A DNA stretch of 64,000 nucleotides from NCBI GenBank assembly GCA_964636385.1, contig CAZWSC010000096.1:131593-195592 (forward strand), in the 5' to 3' direction. Every line of letters begins with the position of its first letter. The stretch's first letter is position 1. Below are positions 45,975 to 56,100 of the stretch, in pieces. The notes below the pieces were generated by a model. It saw only the letters and a program-made list of their open reading frames with translations, was not told where the DNA came from and searched no databases. This DNA is from an uncultured bacterium (lineage in GTDB: Bacteria; Eisenbacteria; RBG-16-71-46; CAIMUX01). The position numbers were made by a program, and so were the translations under genes.

Positions 45975-48900
45975 CTATTCAAGATGCAGCAGCTTCCTCA
46001 TCCCGGAGCGGCCGCCCGCATCAAGCCTGTAGAAGTATACTCCGGAGGGAACCTCGCCGCCGTGGTCATCCCGGCCGTTCCAGACAACAGTGTGAGCTCC
46101 GGCAGGCAGGGACCCATCAACCAGGCTGCGGACCCTGCGACCCTGCACATCGTACACGGTAAGCCTTGCCGACGATGCCTGCTCCAGCGAGAACCGTATC
46201 GCCGTATCCCTTGAGAACGGATTCGGCCGGTTCTGGAACAGCACGAAGGCGGACGGCGTGTCCGGATCCCCGACCGATGCCGATGCGGCACGGAACACCT
46301 CGATGCCGAAGTCGTCAATGGCCGCCTCAACAAGCCCGGGTGAGCCAAGGTCACATGCCACCCAGCGGAAAACCACCTGGTCGGTCAACTCGATGAACTC
46401 CGTCAGATCGAACGAGCGCTCCCTCCAGAAGTTCTCATGAGAATCGACACGTTCCAGTGGCACCCAGTCCAGGCCTCCATTGCCGGAGACATCGATTATG
46501 AAGGTGTCGTCCGCGCTGTTGCCCGTGATCGCCCACCAGCGCCAATAGGTGACGAAAGCCCTCTCCTGGCCGCTCAGGTCGAAGGTCGGGCTCATAAGTG
46601 TTGTACAGCCATCGTCGACATCGTTGTATCCCGGGCCCTGGCCGGCTGTGTGCTGTCCTGTGATGAAACAGATGACCCCGGGGTCGGGTGTGTGGTCATG
46701 ATCGGGCTGGACCGGATCGCCGTTCCACTCAGTTCCTATCGGATCGGCCCGCTCCCAAAGGCCAGCCGTGGCATCGTCTCCCGGCACCCCCGTGATCCAG
46801 TCGGTGTCCTCCGGGTCCTCCACGTCGTAGAAGTAGAACATCTCCGTGATCAGGAAGGTCAGGAAGTCCGCCGGAGCGCCGTGCGGGTAGACCGATTCCC
46901 AGCCCGCGTTGTCCCGTGCCTGGACGTAATAGTCGATCGTCATGCCGGATGGCAGGCCCGGGATCTCCCCGCTCCAGCCATCGAGTGAAAGCGTCATGGG
47001 GACGGGGATCCAGCCTCCTCCGTTCACCCTGTATATGACCTCAGCCGAAGCGATGCCGCTTGCATCGTATATGCTCGCGTCCACGACGTAGGGGCCGGTG
47101 TTGTCGGTGGTCCTCTCCAGCACCGTAACGTCGGTTATCTCGGGGCCGGCGATGTCGGTAAGGGAGAAGTTGAGCTGGGTTGTGGATGACTCGTTTATCG
47201 TGACCGCATGGGCGGTGTCCGGCTCAAAGCCGGCCGCGCTTGCCGTGATGTCGAAGGTTCCGATCGGTGCACTCCCCCCGTAGCTCCCGTCGGCCGAGGT
47301 GTAGAAGACGCGACCGCCTCCGAGTATGGAAACCTCCGCTCCCGGAATGGGTGCATTCATGTGGGACGCGTTTATGACCATCCCTTCGAGTACGCCGGTG
47401 GGCTGGGCGGCTATCGGCATGAACCGTATCGCGCGGCCTGCGGCCAGCGTGGCCGAACCGGGTGTGTAAAGGTTGAAGTAGGTGTAGAGCAGGCCGACTG
47501 TCTGGTCCCGGTTCTGGATCCCGACTGTGGCGTAGCCGTCAGTCGTGTCCACGTTGTTTACCGTGTGGTACTGCATGTCGATGATCCCGTCCCCGGAGAC
47601 GGTGGGGTAGTGGGCGGGATCGTGCAGGATGACCTGGAAGGTTTCGAGGTGGTTGCCGAAACGGTTGCGCATCCTGCTCCACTGGCAGATCCACCTGTTG
47701 TTCGCTGCATCGTACCGCTGGAATACGCCGGCGCCCCCGGACTGGTAGAGATCGTCCCAGAACACCGCCACGAGGTTCTGGGGCGATCCTGCGGACGGGA
47801 TTGTCCAGTTGCGGTAGTCGGTGAGATAGGTGTCTCCGAAGGCCAGCCAGCCGTTTGAACAGACAGTCACGCGGTCGAAGGTCTCCCCGTAGTACTGGAA
47901 GGTGAACGGCAGGTTGATGGTCCGTGACTTGTCCTGGTGCTCGCCGTAGTCGCCGAGAACTATCTCGGCGCCTGTTCCGCCGTAGTTGGGATCCACCTCG
48001 ATCCAGTCGTACGTCGGAGACTCCAGGTACGAGGTGTCCGTATTGTCGAATGCGTAGTAACCGTAGGCGTCAGGACCGGTGGGATCGGTTGCCGTGCGAA
48101 GCCCTATGACCAGGGAAAAACGGGTCGTGTCGATCACGCCGCCGTTGAACGTGGTGATGATCTCGAACGGGGCTTCATGGCCGGCAAAGGTCTCGTCGGA
48201 TGCCTCAACAGTGAAACGGTTGACGCTGTTCGTTTCGTTTCCGCCCATCGGTATGTTCGGGTAGGATCCTGACGGGTCGACAACCGTGATCCACGGGCTG
48301 GCGGAGGTCAGGACTGCGGTGATGCCCGAGGCGTTCTCGTCCCCGGTGTTGTTCAGGCGAACGGCCAGGTCCACCGTCTGGCCGGGATCGATCCTGCCGT
48401 TCCCGCCGTCTCCGTACAGCGTGACAGTACCCGCCACGAACTCGGCCGAGGAAACGGTGATCTCCACAATCGACTGCCAGTTGCTCATTCCCGACACGAT
48501 GTCGAGCCCGAAGCGGATGACATGCCCGTTCGGACACGCGGGATCGAGGGAGAAGACGTAGTCGCCGCTGCTCCACGCCGTCTGGCCGCCGGCGATGTTT
48601 CCGTAGGTCTGGTTGTCGCTGATGAGTGTGACGTACGGATCATCGGTCGTGAGCTCCGCCGAAACGGAGTTTGCAGTCTGGCTTCCGAAGTTCCGCAGGA
48701 GTATCGGGAGCCCGACTGTCTCACCGGGATTCAGCCGTCCGTTCCCGTTCCCCTGACTGTCGTCAAGCTCGTAGTCCTGGAAGCCGACGTACTGAAGCGG
48801 GATTGTGACCGGCATGTCGGCCAGGTAGGGCTTGTGGTCATACTTCGTTACCGTCACTTGCATTGTGCCTGTTGTGAGGGCACTGACCGGGAGCTGGCAG

Positions 48901-50864
48901 AAACCGGAAGCGTCCGTGTATCCCACCGACCAGGTTTCCGTCCCCTTCATGAGGCAGACCTTCGCGCCGGCCACCGGCATGAACCCCTGGCTGACCGTTA
49001 CGTTCACTGCGTTCGTGCCAACGGCTATCTGCGATGGATGCGACACCGTCATGGTGGCAGGGTATGCCGTCCATACCGGAACGGCAGGGTCTCCCATCAG
49101 GTTGTTCCAGTACGAGTTTCTCGAAACGGCATAGGTCTGTCCCGGGTAGTTGATGTACAAGCCAAGCTTGCCCATCGTGAGGGCGGCCCCCATCTCCCGT
49201 ATGTCCGCGTAGATGACCGCATGCCAGGTGCCCTTGGTCATCGCGTTGTTGTACCGTGTGTTGGTGCTGGAGGTGGCAGTGCCGATGCAGCCTATCGTGC
49301 CCTTCGGGTTTCCAACCGAACCTGCCCGGAGGAAACCCTCCGACCGCGTTTCGTTCTCGCTGGCGAAGTTTCCGGTTCCGCAGGTGCTGATGGTGCCGAA
49401 CGGGAGCCGGTAGCCATTCGTCAGCTGGTAGGTGTTCGAGTTGCTCCAGCCGCTCATTCCCAGCCACCCGCGGTAGCAGAAGACGGTGGATCCCTGGTTA
49501 AGCGATGCAGTCATCTGACTGGTGAAGCTGCCGCTGTATATGGTGTCGACTCTCGTGTAGTTCAGTTGGAGCAGGCGTGTCTTGACCCACTGCATCAGCT
49601 GAACACAACTGAAGCCGGATATGCTCGGATCCCCGGCGAGGGTTGCCGCCGTGAACCAGGATGGATCCTGCGTGTAGGGGTTCCTCTCGTACCCCATGAT
49701 CTTGTCGATGATGACGTCCAGATGCGTCGTGTTCTGAATGCTCAACCTCCCGATGTGGACATCGAGGAGTATGTCGTCTCCTTCCAGCTGGCCGTAGGGA
49801 TGGTCTCCCTCCCCGCCGCCGGAGTGGAACCATGTGGGTATTGCGTAGGAGCCGTTGTGGTCGCCGACGATCGCTATGTACTCGGGCGGGTACTCCCAGT
49901 TGTCGTAGGCGTTCTGTATGTAGTTCTTGATGCTGCTTGTCGTGGTGCCGGTCTCGGCGGTGGTGGCCAGGTAGACCCTGGTGCCGCTGCGCCTGCGCCA
50001 TTCCACCAGCGGTTCGAGCCGCGACGTGACAGCCGAGCTGTTCGGGCAGATGATGAGATACGTGCCGTCCTCCACGGCCCTGTCTCCCGCGAAGTCGTCG
50101 TAGTTGATCACGGCCTCTCTGTATATTCTGTCGAACGAACGGGGGATTGGGCGGGACTCGCCTGTTCTCTGGTTTGTGAGGTTCTCCCCCTCGAAGGAGA
50201 GTTCAACCCGGATCCGCCTGGCCACACGGATCTTTTCCATGGCAGGGTTGTAGCTGACCGGCTGGAACGTAAGCGAGGCCACCCGGAAGCCCCGCATGAG
50301 GGCGGGATCGCCCGTGATGACGGGATGAGCGTTGCCAAAAGAGTTGACCGCATAGGCGGCGCTGTCCAGGACCAGCGATGCCGCATCCCTGGGTTGAACG
50401 GGGAGAATGCGGTAGCCGTCGTACTCCTCCTCCTCCAGGACTGTGTAGGAAATGCGGACGTCCGCCCTGTCCGGAATCGCCACCAGACGGCCGAAGACGG
50501 GAAGACCAGGCTGCCCGATCTCGCCAGCATCGCCCCCTCCCGGGATGCTCAGGGTATGAAAGACCTTTCCGTCGATCATGTCCTCGGCAACGGCCAGCGT
50601 CGGGAGCTCGAACTCCATCTCCACGCCCTGCCTGCTGCTCGACAGAAGAGTGATCCCAGGGATTTCATCCGGCGCACCGTTTCCGAGGATGCGCAGCGTC
50701 GGCATGTCTGCCGATGCGGGAACGGCGAAGATCACTGCGAACAGCACTGCGGCGGCAGGCAGCAGCCTGCTGTGACGGGTGAGGCGATACAAGAGGCTCA
50801 TCAGTTCCCCCCAATATTCCTTGCTCATGTGACTGCAGGTCATGCGAAGAACCCCCAGGCACAA
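45975..50864 (-). CDS. Very large secreted gingipain-like (C25) cysteine peptidase with Ig/FN3-like repeats and C-terminal T9SS-like sorting domain
   Basis: Signal peptide (MSLLYRLTRHSRLLPAAAVLFAVIFAVPASA; TTG/ATG start ambiguity near 50801-50864). C25-like core (YLIICPNSS...YIAIVGDHNGSYAIP...ILLDVHIGRLS). CTD tail (ARLTVYDVQGRRVRSL...GVYFYRLDAGG...LLHLE). Paralogous to the CDS at 53190..56990. Confidence 0.8.
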   Translation of the reverse strand: MCLGVLRMTCSHMSKEYWGELMSLLYRLTRHSRLLPAAAVLFAVIFAVPASADMPTLRILGNGAPDEIPGITLLSSSRQGVEMEFELPTLAVAEDMIDGKVFHTLSIPGGGDAGEIGQPGLPVFGRLVAIPDRADVRISYTVLEEEEYDGYRILPVQPRDAASLVLDSAAYAVNSFGNAHPVITGDPALMRGFRVASLTFQPVSYNPAMEKIRVARRIRVELSFEGENLTNQRTGESRPIPRSFDRIYREAVINYDDFAGDRAVEDGTYLIICPNSSAVTSRLEPLVEWRRRSGTRVYLATTAETGTTTSSIKNYIQNAYDNWEYPPEYIAIVGDHNGSYAIPTWFHSGGGEGDHPYGQLEGDDILLDVHIGRLSIQNTTHLDVIIDKIMGYERNPYTQDPSWFTAATLAGDPSISGFSCVQLMQWVKTRLLQLNYTRVDTIYSGSFTSQMTASLNQGSTVFCYRGWLGMSGWSNSNTYQLTNGYRLPFGTISTCGTGNFASENETRSEGFLRAGSVGNPKGTIGCIGTATSSTNTRYNNAMTKGTWHAVIYADIREMGAALTMGKLGLYINYPGQTYAVSRNSYWNNLMGDPAVPVWTAYPATMTVSHPSQIAVGTNAVNVTVSQGFMPVAGAKVCLMKGTETWSVGYTDASGFCQLPVSALTTGTMQVTVTKYDHKPYLADMPVTIPLQYVGFQDYELDDSQGNGNGRLNPGETVGLPILLRNFGSQTANSVSAELTTDDPYVTLISDNQTYGNIAGGQTAWSSGDYVFSLDPACPNGHVIRFGLDIVSGMSNWQSIVEITVSSAEFVAGTVTLYGDGGNGRIDPGQTVDLAVRLNNTGDENASGITAVLTSASPWITVVDPSGSYPNIPMGGNETNSVNRFTVEASDETFAGHEAPFEIITTFNGGVIDTTRFSLVIGLRTATDPTGPDAYGYYAFDNTDTSYLESPTYDWIEVDPNYGGTGAEIVLGDYGEHQDKSRTINLPFTFQYYGETFDRVTVCSNGWLAFGDTYLTDYRNWTIPSAGSPQNLVAVFWDDLYQSGGAGVFQRYDAANNRWICQWSRMRNRFGNHLETFQVILHDPAHYPTVSGDGIIDMQYHTVNNVDTTDGYATVGIQNRDQTVGLLYTYFNLYTPGSATLAAGRAIRFMPIAAQPTGVLEGMVINASHMNAPIPGAEVSILGGGRVFYTSADGSYGGSAPIGTFDITASAAGFEPDTAHAVTINESSTTQLNFSLTDIAGPEITDVTVLERTTDNTGPYVVDASIYDASGIASAEVIYRVNGGGWIPVPMTLSLDGWSGEIPGLPSGMTIDYYVQARDNAGWESVYPHGAPADFLTFLITEMFYFYDVEDPEDTDWITGVPGDDATAGLWERADPIGTEWNGDPVQPDHDHTPDPGVICFITGQHTAGQGPGYNDVDDGCTTLMSPTFDLSGQERAFVTYWRWWAITGNSADDTFIIDVSGNGGLDWVPLERVDSHENFWRERSFDLTEFIELTDQVVFRWVACDLGSPGLVEAAIDDFGIEVFRAASASVGDPDTPSAFVLFQNRPNPFSRDTAIRFSLEQASSARLTVYDVQGRRVRSLVDGSLPAGAHTVVWNGRDDHGGEVPSGVYFYRLDAGGRSGMRKLLHLE

Positions 50865-51095
50865 TTCGGCAGATCCAGGTACGAGGGCGCGGGAGATGGA
50901 GGCACTGCGTTATGCGTAGACCAATTTCCCGCACGCAGGAAGATATCAGACAAATGATACACCATCATGGGGTTCCGATGGAAGCACAAGGTCGGTCCGG
51001 AGGCCGTAAAGTTCTTCTTCCGGAACTGCTGCAGGCACAGGATCAGCCTTCCATCCGTAAGGCCTTTGCCGGGGGCAGGTTCTTCGAGTGCACGA

Positions 51096-51124
51096 TGACA
51101 GTCACGCTTCCGCTGTGCTATACT
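51096..51124 (+). promoter_or_regulatory. Sigma70-like promoter candidate for the beta-helix cargo gene
   Basis: TGACAG (51096-51101), a 17-nt spacer, then TATACT (51119-51124), about 50 nt upstream of ATG 51176. Confidence 0.35.
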
Positions 51125-51164
51125 TAGGGTTGCTGTATCCAGCACTATGATCCGACAACCCTAG
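51124..51164. promoter_or_regulatory. Inverted repeat (candidate operator) overlapping the -10 and predicted start region
   Basis: TTAGGGTTG-N23-CAACCCTAG: 8-9 bp perfect arms with a 23-nt spacer. Overlaps the TATACT -10 and the expected transcription start. Confidence 0.35.
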
Positions 51165-51175
51165 GGGGATTCGCC

Positions 51176-52825
51176 ATGAAGAGCCTTCTCGTCGCCGTTA
51201 TCCTGGCCGTTCCGGTCCTCGCCCATTCAGCCCAGGCCGGGACCCTTCACGTTCCGAGCCAGTATCCGACCATTCAGGCGGCTGTCGACGTTGCCGTTCC
51301 CGGCGATGTAATTGTCGTTGCAGCAGGGATATACGATGACAACACAAACCAGTCCAGCCCAACCGACACGACCAGGTGTGTCGTCAGGATGAAGTCCGGC
51401 ATCACCATAAGGGGTGCCGGCATGGGAGAGACGATAATTGACGCCCTGAGCCGCGGCCGCGGGATCTACTGCGAGGAGGTGGTTGACGCCACTATTGAGC
51501 ACCTGACTGTGAGGGGGGCCTGTACCCCGAGCTATGGCGCCGGGATCTTCTGTTACAACGGTTCTTCTCCGGTTCTGAATGAGCTCGAGATCACCGACAA
51601 CGACGATGCCGCGCTCCTCATAATGAACAGCTCCTCTCCGCACGTGATCAACTGCATGGTCACAGGCAATCATTCCAAGCAGGGTGGAGGCATATCCATC
51701 GAGAATGAGAGCAGTCCCGTCTTTTCGAACACCACCATCACCGGGAACAACGCACCCGTGGGCGGTGGGGCTTTCATCCGCAACAACTGCAATGTCCTTT
51801 TCGAGTACTGCACAATCTCCACCAACCAGCTCGACTCTCCGAATGCAAGCGGGGGCGGTTTGGCGATCGTCAACGCCAATGTGACTCTCAGGCACTGTGC
51901 AGTCGAGAACAACTCCGGCACGGGCTCGGGGGGCGGCCTGGCCATACTCGACTACGCCAATCTGACCGCTGAGAACACCCGGATCGTGGGCAACTCGACA
52001 TCAGACCACTACGGCAGTGGAGGCGGCATCTACCTCGAGTTTGCCAATGCGACCCTGACAGAATGCCTTATCGCGGACAACACGACCTCCGGGATAGGCG
52101 CAGAAGGTGCGGGGATCTATGCGATCTTCGCATTTCAGCTGGACCTGACACAGTGCACCATTGCAGGAAACCTGGGCGAGGATTCGAGTGTCGTCGGGGG
52201 CGGTATCACGGCCTTCTGGGCCAACCCGGCGATCTCAAAGTGCATAATCGCGCTGAACTCCGGCAGGGGTCTTCACTGTCTCGACGAAGCCGTCCCGGTT
52301 GTCTCCTGCACGAACATCTTTGGCAATCCCGGCGGCGATGAGATCTGCGGGACCGACGCCGGTGGCAACTTCATCCTGGATCCGCTCTTCTGCGACGTCG
52401 GGGCAGGCGATTACCGCCTGCAGGATGCGTCCCCCTGCGCTCCCGGCCAGCATCCTGACGGCGCCGGGGTCTGCGATGGGGATCGCCTTGGTTCCGAGCC
52501 GGTCGGATGCGCCCCTGTCTCGGTCGAAGAGCCCATCGAGGCTTCCCGCGACCGGGTCCTCTGGAGCGAGCCGAATCCCGGGATCGGCGGTACCGCAGTC
52601 CACTTCACGCTGCGGAATCCGGCGGTAGTGCGTCTTACCGTGCACGATGTGACCGGCCGGGTTGTCCGCACACTGACAGAGGGCACCGCCGGGGTGGGAT
52701 TGCACCGCGTAGCCTGGGACGGCCGGGACGACACGGGCTCGCAGGTGCCGGCCGGCGTCTACTTCGGGAGGCTCACCATGGGAGGATCCCTTGCCGGGAC
52801 GCACAGGCTGGTCCTGGTTCGTTAG
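51176..52825 (+). CDS. Secreted right-handed parallel beta-helix repeat protein with C-terminal T9SS-like sorting domain
   Basis: Signal peptide MKSLLVAVILAVPVLAHSAQA. Repeated NxxSxGGG/GNxA beta-helix rungs. CTD tail (AVVRLTVHDVTGRVVRTL...GVYFGRLTMGG...RLVLVR). Confidence 0.83.
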   Translation: MKSLLVAVILAVPVLAHSAQAGTLHVPSQYPTIQAAVDVAVPGDVIVVAAGIYDDNTNQSSPTDTTRCVVRMKSGITIRGAGMGETIIDALSRGRGIYCEEVVDATIEHLTVRGACTPSYGAGIFCYNGSSPVLNELEITDNDDAALLIMNSSSPHVINCMVTGNHSKQGGGISIENESSPVFSNTTITGNNAPVGGGAFIRNNCNVLFEYCTISTNQLDSPNASGGGLAIVNANVTLRHCAVENNSGTGSGGGLAILDYANLTAENTRIVGNSTSDHYGSGGGIYLEFANATLTECLIADNTTSGIGAEGAGIYAIFAFQLDLTQCTIAGNLGEDSSVVGGGITAFWANPAISKCIIALNSGRGLHCLDEAVPVVSCTNIFGNPGGDEICGTDAGGNFILDPLFCDVGAGDYRLQDASPCAPGQHPDGAGVCDGDRLGSEPVGCAPVSVEEPIEASRDRVLWSEPNPGIGGTAVHFTLRNPAVVRLTVHDVTGRVVRTLTEGTAGVGLHRVAWDGRDDTGSQVPAGVYFGRLTMGGSLAGTHRLVLVR

Positions 52826-53189
52826 GGCAGACTTCACACACACATGTCTCTCGCGCTTCTTGCTCCGCGGGCTGCCGGATGATAGGGTCTTGATCGTCCC
52901 CGGCAGCCCGACACTGCTCTATCCCACGCTGTCCGGCCGGGGACGCCGGATGATCTCCATTGAGGGGGCAAACTACGCCGGCCCGGTGAGACTGCGGGGA
53001 GCCTGTCAGCCTTGGTCGTGAAGTGCGCGTGTATGCGCGTCTCGCGATCCCGCGGTGCTCAATCGGGCCTGGGAGGGAACCGTGTACAGGTTGTCGACTT
53101 CGGCTACGCATGCGTCAGGTTCGTCAACGAGGCTTTTCCGGACGGATCGTCCGGTGACAGGGCAGGCGATCAGTCTCCCGCGCCATCTC

Positions 53190-56100
53190 ATGAGATGGGT
53201 CGGTCCTTTGCTCGCATCGGTGCTGGTCCTGCTGGGTCTGCCGGATTCGGCTCCGGCGGCGCTGTCGCTCCGGCAGGCCGTGGATGCGGACCTCACGATC
53301 CGCCTTCAGGGGCAGATCGCCGATCTGCAGGAGTCCTCAGTCCGCCTGGCCATAGTGCCTGACGGCCGCAAAGCTGCCGGAGCCAGGGTGCTCCTTAACG
53401 GCACGGATGCCACCGGAGACGGCCTCGTGGAGGTCGGGCCGCCATTCACCGTTCGGGGTGTGCAGTTCGTCCCGGTGATCCAGCATCCCGCCGACCCGGG
53501 CAAGGGACTCGGCCCCGTCGAGATCGAGGTTGTCCTGGATACGGAGCCCGATGATGCATCGAAGCTCCTGGGTCAGAGCCGTGCCCGCCGGTTCAGCCGC
53601 GGGTTCTACAGGCCCCTCGCCAGGTTACTCGACGAAGAGCAGCTTGCCGCTCTCGAGTCGGATCTGCCCGGTTCCTACCTCATCATCTCTGCCCCGCAGT
53701 ACCAGGCCGCTGTTGAGCCCCTTGCGCAGTGGAAAAGGGAGAAGGGGTATGTGACCGAGCTCGTGACCACCGACCAGGCCGGCGGGAGCGTGGCCCAGAT
53801 CCGGGAGTTCGTCTCGGACCGCTATCGCAACGCCGATGTTCCGCCCCAGTTTGTCCTGCTTGTCGGTGATGTCGACGTGATGCCTGTGGGAACCTTCGAC
53901 GGCAGCGTCACCGACCACTACATCAGCATGATCGACGGTGACGACTTCCTGCCTGACCTCAGCGTGGGAAGGCTTTCCGGGACCGGCTTGGTGGACATCC
54001 AGACGTTTGTGGCTAAGATCCTCCGGCATGAGATGGATCCGTACCGCGAAGAAGGAGGCGAGTGGTTCAGACGCGGTCTGATGGTTGCAGCGAACTATGC
54101 CTCCACAACCCCCATTGCCACATCCCGATGGTGCAGGCTCCAGCTGCTGGATACCGGCTTTTCGCAGGTCGACACGCTGTTCCACCCGCCGTTGCCTTAC
54201 AGCAACGGCCACTTCTTCATCAACCCGAAGGTGAACGCGGGGGTGTCGATCATCGGATATCGCGGCTGGGCGCGAGGCCACCAGGGCTGGGAGCCGCCCA
54301 TCTACGTGCGGGAGCACGTTATGGCCCTGGAGAACGGGTGGAAGCTTCCCGTGGTGATGAGCTTCGTCTGCCGGAACAACGACTTCGGGCACCGCGAGCA
54401 GTGCTTCGGCGAGATCTGGACGAACGCCGGGAGTCCCGACGCACCGAAAGGAGCGGTTGCCTTCCTCGGCAACAGCCACCCCTGGTCCCACACCCGCTTC
54501 AACGATGCCCAGGCCTTTGGCACGTTCAACGCCATCAGGGAGGGGCGTGCCAGGACGCTCGGACAGCTGATGGATGCGGGCAAGTACGAGAACCTCGTGC
54601 AGTTCCCGGCGCAGTTGTACTACGAGGACTTCCGCAGCGCCGCAGTGGAGTTCTACTACTTCATCTACAATCTCCTGGGCGATCCCGAGATGGAGCTCTG
54701 GCTGGCGGAGCCCGTGGACATCGCTGTAGGACACCCCGCCTCGATCTACATCGGGACCGACCTTGTTGAGGTATCGGTTGAGGATTTCGCCACGCAGGGA
54801 CCTGTGGAAGGGGCGCGCGTCGGGATCTCCCAGGGCCGGTCGGTTCTGGCGCTCGGCTTCACTGATGCGCATGGGATGGCCAGGATCCCGATCTCGATAC
54901 TCTCGGGCGATCAACCTGTCAAGGTCACCGTGACCGGTGCAGGTGTGCAGCCGTATCAGGAGTCGATTCCGGTTTCGCAGTCTGCCTCGGCGATGCTTGC
55001 GGTCTCCGGGATGCTGATCGTGGACAGCGGCGAGGGCGAGAGCCGGGGCAACGGAGACGGCATCCCGAATCCGGGAGAGACGATCGAGTTGCATCCGGTT
55101 CTGTACAACCATGGTGCGGAGGCGTCCGCACCGATACCGGCCGGACTGTCCGCGGATACCGGCATCGATATAGTCACCGGCACTGCGAACTATCCCGCCA
55201 TCCGGCCGGGAGACGAGGCGCACCCGGACGAGCCTTTCGTGATTACCCTGGACAGGGATCTTGCGGACGGAAGACAGCTGCTCCTGCGGATCGCCGGACT
55301 GGGGCCGAGAGACGCCCATCCCGTGCTCAACGTACATGCACCAGCGCTTGTGTACGATGGGCACACCCTGGATGGAGACGGGCACCTGATGCCGGGCGGG
55401 CGCTCCCTCCTGAGCGTTTCCGTGCGAAACGGGGGGAACCAGGCTTCGGGCAACGTTGTGGCGGTCCTCCGTTCGCTCCTGCCCGACCTGGCGGTGGTCA
55501 CCGATTCCACAGCCGACCTTGCGCCCATCCCCGCAGGCGAGCGCGGCGAGTGTACACGGGAGTTCGAGGTCCAGGTTCTGGACGGTCTTGCCATCGGGCA
55601 GGCGGTGCCGTTCATGCTGACCCTGACCGCCCCGAACGGCCGCGTGGAGATGACTTCGTTCTCAATGCTGGTGGGCGAGGTCGACTACCGGGCGCCCATT
55701 GGCCCGGACGCCTACGGATACTATGCATACGACAACTGCGATACCGACTATCCCGACAGTGCGCCCGTGTATGACTGGGTGACGGCATCGACGGCTTACG
55801 GCGGATCGGGAACCCGTCTGAGCCTGAGGGACCAGGACCTGGTTCTGGTGGATCTGCCATTCACCTTCACCTACTACGGACGTGACTACGACCAGATCCT
55901 GGTAAGCGACAACGGGTGGATCTCCTTCGACACAACCCCCTACTACGACTGGTTCAACTGGAGCATGCCGAGCGCATACGGAAACGCCGCCAGGATCGCC
56001 CCGTTCTGGGACAACCTGAACCCGCAGTACAGGATCGACGGCGAGTTGGTGGGAGACGGGATCTACATCCTGCACGATGCGGAGAGTCACAGGTTCGTAG

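Noticed and set aside
48522-50957. 811-aa ORF on the plus strand
   Set aside because: Lies entirely antisense to the C25 peptidase gene, which carries clear family motifs and a CTD tail. Composition (R/G/V/A/P-rich, no domains) is that of a GC-skew shadow frame.
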